A DNA stretch of 34,709 nt from Bacillota bacterium (GCA_012727415.1 JAAYHI010000033.1:1-34709); one strand, 5' to 3'. Counted from the stretch's first letter, positions 1 through 7,433 are shown. The notes: a model not told the origin generated them from the sequence alone. A program made the numbers and translations.

Positions 1-147
1 GTATTACTCAGGTAGTGCCAGCACCGCAATGGCATCCTCAAACCCCTGGTCCAGAGTCGTCTCTACAGCCCTATTCTCAACTTCCGGGACAGCACCGGCA
101 GGTATGAAACCTACCAGTACGATGAAAACAACAATGCCACCAGCCTG

Positions 148-1884
148 ATGGAAGTTATAGATGGAGTTGCCTATACCACCAGTCTAAACTATAACGAAGA
201 TAACACCCTCAAGAGCATCACCATCAACTCTGGAGTTGATTTCGAATACTACTATGATGAAAAGGGACTACCCAACCGGGTTATCGCTAGCCTGGGCTTC
301 GGGTATAAGTTGTACACCCAATACATCTATAACCAGCGGGGCTTGCTGGAGAGCTATCAGCACGACAAGGAAACTTACACCTATGAGTTTGATAGCAAGG
401 GGAATATAACCAGAATCACCACGGGCACCGGCGATGAGGCCAGCTACACCTACGATTCCCTCAACCAGCTCAAGACCGAAAGTATTACCCAAGACGGCAG
501 TACCCGGGTAATCGCCTATGAATACGACAGCCACGGCAACATGGTCAGGAGGGTGGAAGGGAACAAAGAGACACTCTACACCTACGACCTGGACAGGCTT
601 ATCCAGATTGAGGAGAAGGAAGACGGAGTCACCACCAGCATAAAAACCCTGGCCTATGACGATGCAGGGAATCTCGTCACCGATGGAGAATACTCCTACA
701 CCTGGCAGATGGGCAGGCAGCTCCAAGGTATTTCCGGAACAGGTCTCACTACCAGTTACAAATACAATGAAAATGGCCTTCGCACCCAGAAGACCGTAAA
801 TGGCCAGACCCATGAGTATACACTGCTGGGAAGTAGTGTCACTCGAGAAGTAATTCGGGATAGCCAGGGGACCATACTGTGGACCATTCATTACTCCTAT
901 GCCGGTGACAGTACTCCTGTCAGCATGAATGTCAACGGGACGGAGTACTATTACCTGAAGAACGCCCAGGGGGATATCACCCACATTGTTGACGAGGAAG
1001 GCAATGTGGTGGCCAGCTACGAGTATGATGCCTGGGGGAACCACCTGAGCATCACTGGCGGAGAGATTGCCGAGCTTAACCCGTATAGGTACCGGGGTTA
1101 CAGATATGACAGCGAGACGGGATTCTATTCGTTACAATCACGTTATTACGATCCGGAAATTGGGCGTTTTATCAATGCCGATGATACTGATGTTTTAGGT
1201 GTTGAACAAGACAGCTTGTTACAGTTTAACCTCTTTACATATTGCCTTAACAATCCAGTCAACAGGACAGATGATAGTGGGTATTTATCAATTCCCAATT
1301 GGCTAAAAGTAACTGTAGGTGCTGTAGCTATAGCTGGATTAGCTGTTGCTACGGTTGCCACTGGTGGTGCAGCTGCGGTTATTTGTGGCGCGGCTCTATC
1401 AGGTGCAATTGCTGGAGGCGCTTCAGGAGCTGTCTTGGGCGCTGTCGGTGGTGGAATATCTGGGGGCTGGCAAGGAGCTTTAGATGGTGCTTGCTCAGGG
1501 TTTATGTCTGGCACGTTAATAGGTGGAGCGACTGGCGCCGTTGCAGCGGGATTTAATATTGCAACAGGAGCAACATCTGTGGTCGGCAAGGCACACGGTT
1601 CAACATTACACAAACTTGCGACCAATATGGAAGCAGGTAAAATGGCTGCCTCTGGGCAATATTCACAAATCGGATTGAATAAATCATTAAACACAATGGG
1701 CCTAAACGGCAAGTTGAGACCTGATGTTATTGGGATTGGGAAAAAGGGAGTTAATAAATTAGTCGAGGTTGTTAGCCCCAAACAAAGCATTAATTATATT
1801 TCTAATAAGATGAATGGAATGTTATCTAACAATCCAGGTAGTGTGGGAAAAATTGTGAGCTGGGTTAGAAATTTGTTTAAGTGA
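148..1884 (+). CDS. RHS/YD-repeat polymorphic toxin, C-terminal portion (repeat shell end, core-end motif, variable toxin tip CT1)
   Basis: The translation is full of YD/RHS repeats (RYETYQYDENNN, TYTYEFDSKGN, ASYTYDSLNQL, AYEYDSHGNM, ASYEYDAWGN). The canonical RHS core-end block YSLQSRYYDPEIGRFINADD...NLFTYCLNNPVNRTDDSGY lies at ~1123-1284. After it come an unrelated Gly/Ala-zipper hydrophobic stretch and a ~110-aa tail (1285-1884). The frame stays open and RHS-like upstream to nt 16 (TAG at 13-15), with no ATG/GTG/TTG before 148. The gene is therefore 5'-truncated or frameshifted relative to whatever lies upstream of the window. Confidence 0.85.
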   Translation: MEVIDGVAYTTSLNYNEDNTLKSITINSGVDFEYYYDEKGLPNRVIASLGFGYKLYTQYIYNQRGLLESYQHDKETYTYEFDSKGNITRITTGTGDEASYTYDSLNQLKTESITQDGSTRVIAYEYDSHGNMVRRVEGNKETLYTYDLDRLIQIEEKEDGVTTSIKTLAYDDAGNLVTDGEYSYTWQMGRQLQGISGTGLTTSYKYNENGLRTQKTVNGQTHEYTLLGSSVTREVIRDSQGTILWTIHYSYAGDSTPVSMNVNGTEYYYLKNAQGDITHIVDEEGNVVASYEYDAWGNHLSITGGEIAELNPYRYRGYRYDSETGFYSLQSRYYDPEIGRFINADDTDVLGVEQDSLLQFNLFTYCLNNPVNRTDDSGYLSIPNWLKVTVGAVAIAGLAVATVATGGAAAVICGAALSGAIAGGASGAVLGAVGGGISGGWQGALDGACSGFMSGTLIGGATGAVAAGFNIATGATSVVGKAHGSTLHKLATNMEAGKMAASGQYSQIGLNKSLNTMGLNGKLRPDVIGIGKKGVNKLVEVVSPKQSINYISNKMNGMLSNNPGSVGKIVSWVRNLFK

Positions 1885-1887
1885 GGG

Positions 1888-2388
1888 GTGAAAATAATGT
1901 GTGTTCCTTCAAAACTCAAATCCTACTTTCATCAGATAAATTCGAAAATTGATACAAATACTATTGTTAGTGGAATTGTGACATGTTGCTCTTGCTCTGA
2001 GTTTGATGTGCTATGCTATGGCAATATCAAAAAGAGTCTTCTTGGACATATATCATTATGTGATAAAACCGATGGGATTGTTGTACGCTTGCGTTGTAAG
2101 AAATGCGGAGAGGAAATCGAAGTATTCAACAGTTTTACTGATGGATATAACCGATGCATAGAAGAAAAAGTAGATTGTGTTAATTTTCAATTCCAATCAT
2201 TTTATTGCAATGCACATGAACATTCAAATATCTCTGTAGAGGTCATTTTTGAATATCCACCAAAGCAAGAGTTAATAGAAGATGAGATTACAGAATGCGA
2301 TAATGCTTTTTCTTGGATATGGATATCACTAAAATGTAACATATGCAATAAATCCTTTAAAAATTTTGTGGATTATGAAACGTCATAA
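1888..2388 (+). CDS. Cys-rich small protein, putative cognate immunity protein for CT1
   Basis: The ORF starts 4 nt after the toxin stop, with GAGGGG at 1883-1888. ATG 1897 is the better-spaced start; GTG 1888 is the ORF-track start. The protein has several Cys pairs in two halves (CCSC...RCKKC and YCNAHEH...KCNIC), suggesting zinc-ribbon-like folds. The position directly after a polymorphic-toxin tip is the classic immunity position. The region is AT-rich like the toxin tip. Confidence 0.55.
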   Translation: MKIMCVPSKLKSYFHQINSKIDTNTIVSGIVTCCSCSEFDVLCYGNIKKSLLGHISLCDKTDGIVVRLRCKKCGEEIEVFNSFTDGYNRCIEEKVDCVNFQFQSFYCNAHEHSNISVEVIFEYPPKQELIEDEITECDNAFSWIWISLKCNICNKSFKNFVDYETS

Positions 2389-2391
2389 AAA

Positions 2392-3977
2392 CTAAAAATT
2401 CCCCGCAAATCTCCAAACAATTGTTATTTCCTGCACCGTCTGTCCATTCACCGTTTCTGCATGACCAACCTGAATATTCTCGATGAGCTTATTCAATATA
2501 AAGGGCGTTAATGTGGCGATATTCAGATAGTCTGAGATGGCTTGACGTAGTTGTTCAGCGTTGGCTTGATAATCTGTCTGTTGCGCCAGCTTTGCATCAA
2601 ACACAGCAATTTTCTCTTGGATTTCTGCTTGTTCGGACTGGTATCTGTTTGTGAAGCTACATAGTTTTCATCGGATATCAGTCCGGCAGCGTGATCCTCA
2701 AACAGCTTGAAAAGCAGGGTGGAAAGTTCTTGCTGTCTGCGTTTCAGCTTGTCACGCTCAGTAGCTAATTGCCTATCAGACGTGTTGAGACCGGATCTTT
2801 CTTCCACCAGCCGATAAAAGGCTTCATCATCCTGCAATAGCTTTGCTGTTGCCCTGATACGCTCTAATACCGCTTTGTACAGGTCATCGTAAAAGATGGC
2901 ATGAGTGTGCAGACATTCGCCAGGATGGCGGTAATGGTGCATACAACGGTAATAGGTTCGCTTATCCCGACGGTGTGCCATAGACAGGCTGTGGCCGCAT
3001 TCAGAACAAACCAGAACCCCACGGAACAGATTCTCTGTTTCATAAACCGATGGTGATGGACGGGACTTGATCAACATTTGCACCTGCTCAAAATCCTCAC
3101 GGCTGACAAGGGGCTCATGGGTATTCGGTACAATTATGTATTGCTCTTTCGGCAGGGTTTGCCGTTCCTTGGTCTTGTAATTGACAATCTCACACTTGTG
3201 ATTGACCATATCCCCGGTGTAAACACGGTCTTGCAGGATTATTTGAATGGTAGCATAACACCATTCATAGACCTTGTTTGGGTTTTGGTTGTCATTGTAC
3301 CGAGAAAAGCGTGTATCGCCGTTTTTCGCCTTGTAAGCAGATGGATTGATGATTCTTTCGGCTTTCAGTGCATTATCGATCTTTACCGCACCGTAACCGG
3401 ACAGAGCCAGTGCAAAGATTTTTCTTACTACTTTGGAAGCTTCTACATCTACAATCAGTTGATTGCGGTTATGAGGGTTTGGTTTGTACCCGTATGGTGC
3501 CTGTGCACTGATGTAATAACCGTTCTTGGCTCGTTGCCTTTTTGCTGCTTTGACCTTACGGGACAGATCCTTTGCGTACATATCGTTCAGAATGTTCTTA
3601 AACGGTGCAATGTCATTGTCGTCTCGCATAGAATCAAAACGGTCATTCAGGGCAATGTAACGCACATGCTTACGGCTGAAATACACTTCGGTGTAATAGC
3701 CGGTCTGAATGTAGTCACGCCCCAAACGGCTTAAATCTTTGGTAATGACAAGGTTCACCCTGCCGTTATCAATGTCATTGAGCATCCGTTCAAAGCCCGG
3801 GCGGTTGAAGTTGAGACCGGAATAGCCGTCATCAACATAATAATCGTATACAAGAAAGCCCTGTTCACGGCAGTAGCTTTCAAGCATAGACTTTTGTGTA
3901 CCGATGCTGATACTTTCTCCGGCCTGTTCGTCGTCTTTGGAAAGACGGCAATAAAGGATTGAGGGGGGCGTAGACAT
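2392..3977 (-). pseudogene. Large serine recombinase (TndX/TnpX-like), disrupted by a frameshift near 2650-2665
   Basis: The N-terminus MSTPPSILYCRLSKDDEQAGESISIGTQK carries the catalytic-Ser motif of resolvase-type serine recombinases. It is followed by a recombinase domain and a Cys/His zinc motif (CSECGH...YYRCMHH...GEC). The ORF 2523-4067 leaves the family-typical sequence after ...LISDENYV. The frame of the downstream ORF 2392-2604 is open further upstream and reads SFTNRYQSEQAEIQEKIAVFDAKLAQQTDYQANAEQLRQAI...EITIVWRFAGNF. A single indel therefore splits one ~528-aa gene. The start is assigned to the Met 12 residues before the catalytic Ser (complement of 3975-3977). Confidence 0.85.
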
Positions 3978-4509
3978 GAATAAAACACAAAAAAAAGCCG
4001 TAATCATTTTTACTGCAATTATTGTTTTGATTGGGGGGACAATTATGATTTTTACACTTACAAACAACTCTCAATCAGTTAAAGCTTCAAAACAGCTCGT
4101 TATTGCTATTGGAGATCACGACCTATTGAAAGTGGAGGAGATTGTTAAGCAATACCCTAAAAGTGTCAATACCTTGCCTTCTATGAGTCCGTGGTGGTGG
4201 CAATTGATATCTGAACAACCACCTGTTAGTTTTCCACTGCAAAGAGCTTGTTGGGGTGGGGATTATGATATTGTTAAACTTCTCATTGATAATGGAGCCG
4301 ATGCTAATCTTGTGTGGAAAGGGATTGAGGGCAGTAAATCACCGATGATGCGTTCTGTTCTTTCGGGAAGCGAAAGAACACAAGAAATAGTTGAACTGTT
4401 ACTCGAACACGGCGCGGATAAATCCATTAAAGATAGCAGTGGAAAGACAGCCTATGATTACGCTGTAGAGGAAGACAACTTAGAACTTGCAGAATTATTG
4501 AAACCATAA
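3976..4509 (+). CDS. N-terminally membrane-anchored ankyrin-repeat protein
   Basis: GAGGGGGG lies 7 nt upstream of ATG 3976. The N-terminus is MNKTQKK followed by the hydrophobic helix AVIIFTAIIVLIGGTIMIFTL. Two clear ankyrin repeats follow (GDYDIVKLLIDNGADANL; TQEIVELLLEHGADKSIKDSSGKTAYDYAVEEDNLELAELL). Confidence 0.75.
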   Translation: MNKTQKKAVIIFTAIIVLIGGTIMIFTLTNNSQSVKASKQLVIAIGDHDLLKVEEIVKQYPKSVNTLPSMSPWWWQLISEQPPVSFPLQRACWGGDYDIVKLLIDNGADANLVWKGIEGSKSPMMRSVLSGSERTQEIVELLLEHGADKSIKDSSGKTAYDYAVEEDNLELAELLKP

Positions 4510-4572
4510 CATATTTTTAAGGCTCAGTTACCGTGCTTCCAAAGTTCTTAATTTAAACCACCACTACCATGC

Positions 4573-4748
4573 CTTAACGAGCAATGAATTTATACTCCTG
4601 TAGGAGTAAAATTCGCCTGTTCGGGGAATCCCCGAAATCCCCTCGCCACCGTTTTGTGTGCGACAACATATTTTACGCAAAGGGTTTCGGGAACTTCCCT
4701 GACAAGCGAATTTGTGGGTCTATAACCACAAATTCATTGCTCGTTAAG
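4573..4748. repeat. Compound palindromic element: perfect 19-bp terminal inverted repeats enclosing nested palindromes
   Basis: cttaacgagcaatgaattt (4573-4591) is the exact reverse complement of aaattcattgctcgttaag (4730-4748). Inside are tactcct-gt-aggagta (4593-4608), ttcgggga-a-tccccgaa (4620-4636), aattcgc/gcgaatt, gggaa-c-ttccc (4689-4699) and gaatttgtgg/ccacaaattc. The last of these competes with the outer stem. Confidence 0.65.
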
Positions 4749-4820
4749 ACAACACATTTTATATTGTTATTATTTGTGGATTCCACAGCAAAGGCAGGAT
4801 AGATGAGCAGAGATACATAG

Positions 4821-5522
4821 ACAAGTCCATCCGAGACAGGACTATATTCGTTACAATCTCGCTATTATGATCCGGAAATTGGAAGATTCATTAATGCAGA
4901 TGATACGGATACTCTACTTTGCTCACCAAATGAATTAACAGATAAAAATTTGTTTGCTTACTGTGATAATAATCCTGTTATGCGTGTTGATCATGGCGGA
5001 GATTTCTGGATGCTAATAGGTGCCGCTGTTGGTGCAGTAGTAGGTGGTACGGTTTCCGCATTTTCTCAATTAGCAACAACTGGTCAAGTAAACTGGGGAG
5101 TGGTTGGTGTTAATGCTGCTGCCGGGGCTATTTCGGGAGCATTGGCTTCGACAGGCATAGGACTTGTTGCTTCTGTTGGCATTAATGCTGCTTTGGGCGG
5201 AGGGACATATGCCGCTGAACAAGCCATTAAAGGGGAAAAAATCACGCTTGGCGGAGTAGTAGCAAGTACAGTAGCCGGTGGAATAGGTGGTGCGATAGGC
5301 GGCAAGGGAGCTAATGCAAAAGGCCTTTCAGCAGCTTGGAAAAGCGCATCAAAGGGGATTTTTAGAGAATTGCGAAGAGCCAATGTTAAATATGCAACAA
5401 AGCAAATTGCAAGATATACTGCTGAAAAGGTTGCGGTGAAAACATCAGCTAAAGTCTCTACCGGCAGGTTTATTTTCGGAGCAATTGGAAATGCAATCGC
5501 TCGCAATTTAGTTGGATATTAA
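4821..5522 (+). CDS. Orphan RHS C-terminal cassette: core-end motif plus unrelated toxin tip CT2 (no conventional start before TTG 4950)
   Basis: The open frame begins after TAG 4818-4820 and reads TSPSETGLYSLQSRYYDPEIGRFINADDTD...NLFAYCDNNPVMRVDHGGD. This is the same core-end block as 1112-1284. By hand alignment 66 of 81 nt are identical between 1112-1192 and 4832-4912. The sequence then diverges into a Gly/Ala-zipper region and a short basic tail (KGLSAAWKSASKGIFRELRRANVKYATKQIARYTAEK...). Confidence 0.7.
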   Translation, partial: TSPSETGLYSLQSRYYDPEIGRFINADDTDTLLCSPNELTDKNLFAYCDNNPVMRVDHGGDFWMLIGAAVGAVVGGTVSAFSQLATTGQVNWGVVGVNAAAGAISGALASTGIGLVASVGINAALGGGTYAAEQAIKGEKITLGGVVASTVAGGIGGAIGGKGANAKGLSAAWKSASKGIFRELRRANVKYATKQIARYTAEKVAVKTSAKVSTGRFIFGAIGNAIARNLVGY

Positions 5523-5535
5523 TGGGGTGAGCAAA

Positions 5536-6054
5536 ATGCAGATTTTAACTCGCATATTAATTCCCACACTAGTTCCGATTATCCTAGGATTAATTCTTTC
5601 TATCATTGACAAAAGCAATGACAAAGAAATAGTAAAGAGTATTACTAAAGAACATATCGTTATTCGATTGCCAAAAGCTTATTTATGGGTTGGATGCCTC
5701 GAAATCTCTTTCTTTGTCACTTGCATTGTCTTAATGACTTGGTTTCCAAATGGTACAGCAACCGCATGGGAATGGATATTATTCGTTTTATTAGCCTTTA
5801 TTGGAGTTGCTATCGTTTTAAAAACTCAAATTTGGAAAATAGAGATATTCAGAAGCAAAAACTATTTTATTTGCAGAACATTACCTTATAAGACGTATAG
5901 AATACTGTATAGTGATTGTATGAGCTATAGGTTCGGAGCCAATACTCTCGAGTTGAGAACAAAAGAAAAAACATTTCATATTGATACTCACGCAACCAAT
6001 TTTGAGTTTATGTTAGCAATGCTTATTCAACACAAGATAAGGGAGACAAATTAG
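5536..6054 (+). CDS. Multi-pass membrane protein, putative immunity protein for CT2
   Basis: The ORF overlaps or abuts the CT2 stop. GGGGTGAG lies upstream of ATG 5536; the ORF-track start is 5512. Three hydrophobic helices are visible (ILIPTLVPIILGLILSII, LWVGCLEISFFVTCIVLMTWF, WEWILFVLLAFIGVAIVL), followed by a soluble C-terminal part. The region is AT-rich. Confidence 0.6.
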   Translation: MQILTRILIPTLVPIILGLILSIIDKSNDKEIVKSITKEHIVIRLPKAYLWVGCLEISFFVTCIVLMTWFPNGTATAWEWILFVLLAFIGVAIVLKTQIWKIEIFRSKNYFICRTLPYKTYRILYSDCMSYRFGANTLELRTKEKTFHIDTHATNFEFMLAMLIQHKIRETN

Positions 6055-6056
6055 AG

Positions 6057-6167
6057 CTATACTGTTCCAGCCAATCTCCTTACAATCCGTATTTCCTGCA
6101 CTGCCTAACCGTTGATCGTTTCCGCGTGTGCAATCAGAGTTTTTCAAATTACTTAATTAAAATAAAT
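6057..6167 (-). pseudogene. Relic of the 3' end of a second large serine recombinase gene
   Basis: The minus-strand translation RIYFN*VI*KTLIAHAETING*AVQEIRIVRRLAGTV* aligns colinearly with the C-terminus of the 2392-3977 recombinase (FILNKLIENIQVGHAETVNGQTVQEITIVWRFAGNF*). In the last 23 positions 15 are identical. There are three in-frame stops. The nucleotide similarity to 2392-2500 is visible by eye. The relic is truncated at ~6167, where RHS homology starts. Confidence 0.55.
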
Positions 6168-6169
6168 TC

Positions 6170-6447
6170 GTGACCGCCGGAGAATTTACCTATACCTGGC
6201 AGTGGGGAGACAACTCCAGGGTATTAGTGGAATTGATCTCACCACCAGCTATAAGTACAACGAAGACGGCCTTCGCACCCAAAAGACCGTCAACGGCCGG
6301 ACCCATGAGTATACCTTGTTGGGCAGCAGCGTCACCCGGGGTTTATCTGGTGCTATCACCGGTGCAATAACAGGTGCTGTAAGCAATGCGGTGAAAGTTT
6401 CACAGGCTGCAAAAACCTTTGACAAAGGAACTTTTAGTTACGTGTGA
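6170..6447 (+). pseudogene. RHS core fragment (copy of the region equivalent to ~675-846 of the main gene) with a frameshift and a short novel tail
   Basis: GEFTYTWQ, then after a 1-nt frame change GRQLQGISGIDLTTSYKYNEDGLRTQKTVNGRTHEYTLLGSSVTR. This matches DGEYSYTWQMGRQLQGISGTGLTTSYKYNENGLRTQKTVNGQTHEYTLLGSSVTR of the main gene. Homology stops at ~6340 and is followed by GLSGAITGAITGAVSNAVKV...SYV*. Confidence 0.7.
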
Positions 6448-6589
6448 TATTGTCTGTAAAAGTGGATCCTTACAGACTAATCCAGTGGGTTATCATTATT
6501 TGAGTGAATATCCCCGATTAATGGATTAGCGTAGGTGGGCTTTTAGCTCGCCTTTTTTAGTCACGGAATATTTCCTATGAATTGGATAG

Positions 6590-6775
6590 CCTCGGGAATG
6601 GCCGTGAGGCTGCCTACACCTACGACCTGGACAGGCTGGTCGGGATAGAGGAATCAATAGACGGTGTCACAACTAGCACGAAAATATTGACCTATGACGG
6701 TGCAGGGAATTTCCTTACCGAGGGAGAATTTACCTATACTTGCCAGATGGGGAGGCAGCTCCAAGGTATTACAGG
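6590..6775 (+). pseudogene. RHS core fragment (copy of the region equivalent to ~553-731 of the main gene)
   Basis: AAYTYDLDRLVGIEESIDGVTTSTKILTYDGAGNFLTEGEFTYTCQMGRQLQGITG matches TLYTYDLDRLIQIEEKEDGVTTSIKTLAYDDAGNLVTDGEYSYTWQMGRQLQGISG. The 24-nt block ctacacctacgacctggacaggct is identical at 575-598 and 6613-6636. Homology ends at ~6771. Confidence 0.7.
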
Positions 6776-6938
6776 GGCGGATAAAGTAGATAGACCCAAG
6801 GGCGCCAAGAGAATAACCCATTATCTTCAGGAATTGTGTTGGTACATAGTTAGGCTGGTAATAGCGAGACCCATAAAGCGGGTAGCGGTATTTTTTTTTC
6901 CAGAGAGGGAATACTTCAAAGTGACAGGGGGGACGAGG

Positions 6939-7433
6939 GTGAAAAGGGCCAGTGATTTGCTGGGAATGCCGGTGACCGATACAAGCGGCGATTCTATTGG
7001 GGTTGTCGAAGAAGTGTTAGTGGATTTCTCCCGGGAACGCATCGCAGGGATGTTCATTGCCGATAAAGCTGCGGGTGAGTCTGGCTATATTGCCAGTGAA
7101 GACATAGCCTTCAGCCCCGATACCCTTGTAGTTCCCACTGATGCCATTGTTCAGGGTGATGGTGCAGTCATTTTCCGTCAGGGCAAGCTGACCCTGGAGG
7201 AAGTGCGCAGACTTGTGGCGGCAACCGATTCTGGCCGCCGGTTGGGCAATGTGGCCGACCTGATTGTTGAGAACACCCAGCTGGTGGCCCTGGAACTGTC
7301 TGATGGTTTGCTTCAGGACGTCTTTGCCGGCAGGAATATTCTCCCCCTGCCCATTTTCGCAGACATTGCCGCAGAGAAAATCATTGTCCCTGAAGGCGCA
7401 AGGCTGATTGCTCATGAAAGTTCAGGAGAATGA
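6939..7433 (+). CDS. PRC-barrel domain protein (two barrels)
   Basis: GTG 6939 is preceded by a GGGGGGA purine run. VKRASDLLGMPVTDTSGDSIGVVEEVLVDF... and ...GRRLGNVADLIVENTQLVALELSDG... fit the PRC-barrel pattern. The upstream part of ORF 6582-7433 is an RHS relic read through in the same frame, not part of this gene. Confidence 0.65.
   Translation: MKRASDLLGMPVTDTSGDSIGVVEEVLVDFSRERIAGMFIADKAAGESGYIASEDIAFSPDTLVVPTDAIVQGDGAVIFRQGKLTLEEVRRLVAATDSGRRLGNVADLIVENTQLVALELSDGLLQDVFAGRNILPLPIFADIAAEKIIVPEGARLIAHESSGE

Noticed and set aside
1-147. Continuation of the RHS gene to the very start of the window
   Set aside because: Frame 1 has TAG at 13-15, and the other two frames stop by ~105-147 without RHS-like sequence that I can recognise. 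Continuity with an upstream RHS gene cannot be shown from this window, so the feature is reported from 148 with a note.
1146-1790. Antisense and alternative-frame ORFs across the Gly/Ala-zipper regions of the toxin tips (1146-1790 minus, 1299-1556 plus, 5084-5506 minus)
   Set aside because: They are a by-product of the GGN/GCN codon periodicity of the glycine-zipper segments. The sense frame is continuous with RHS core-end motifs.
3978-4067. N-terminal extension of the recombinase ORF (MFVSVKIIIVPP...) up to 4067
   Set aside because: The extension overlaps the ankyrin gene and has no family resemblance. Serine recombinases place the catalytic Ser ~10-12 residues from the start, which fits the Met at 3977.
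4573-4748. Retron msr/msd-like ncRNA (terminal inverted repeats flanking a structured core)
   Set aside because: No reverse transcriptase gene is adjacent or anywhere in the window, and I could not identify the conserved branching-G context.
4584-4802. 72-aa ORF in the region between the ankyrin gene and the orphan cassette
   Set aside because: It lies across the compound palindromic element and has no RBS. The translation has no features, so it is more likely non-coding structured DNA/RNA.
6582-7433. Single 283-aa protein as listed in the ORF track
   Set aside because: The first ~65 aa are an RHS core relic. The next ~50 aa have no features and span the island/core junction. The PRC-barrel gene has its own RBS and GTG at 6939. 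The long ORF is a read-through artefact.
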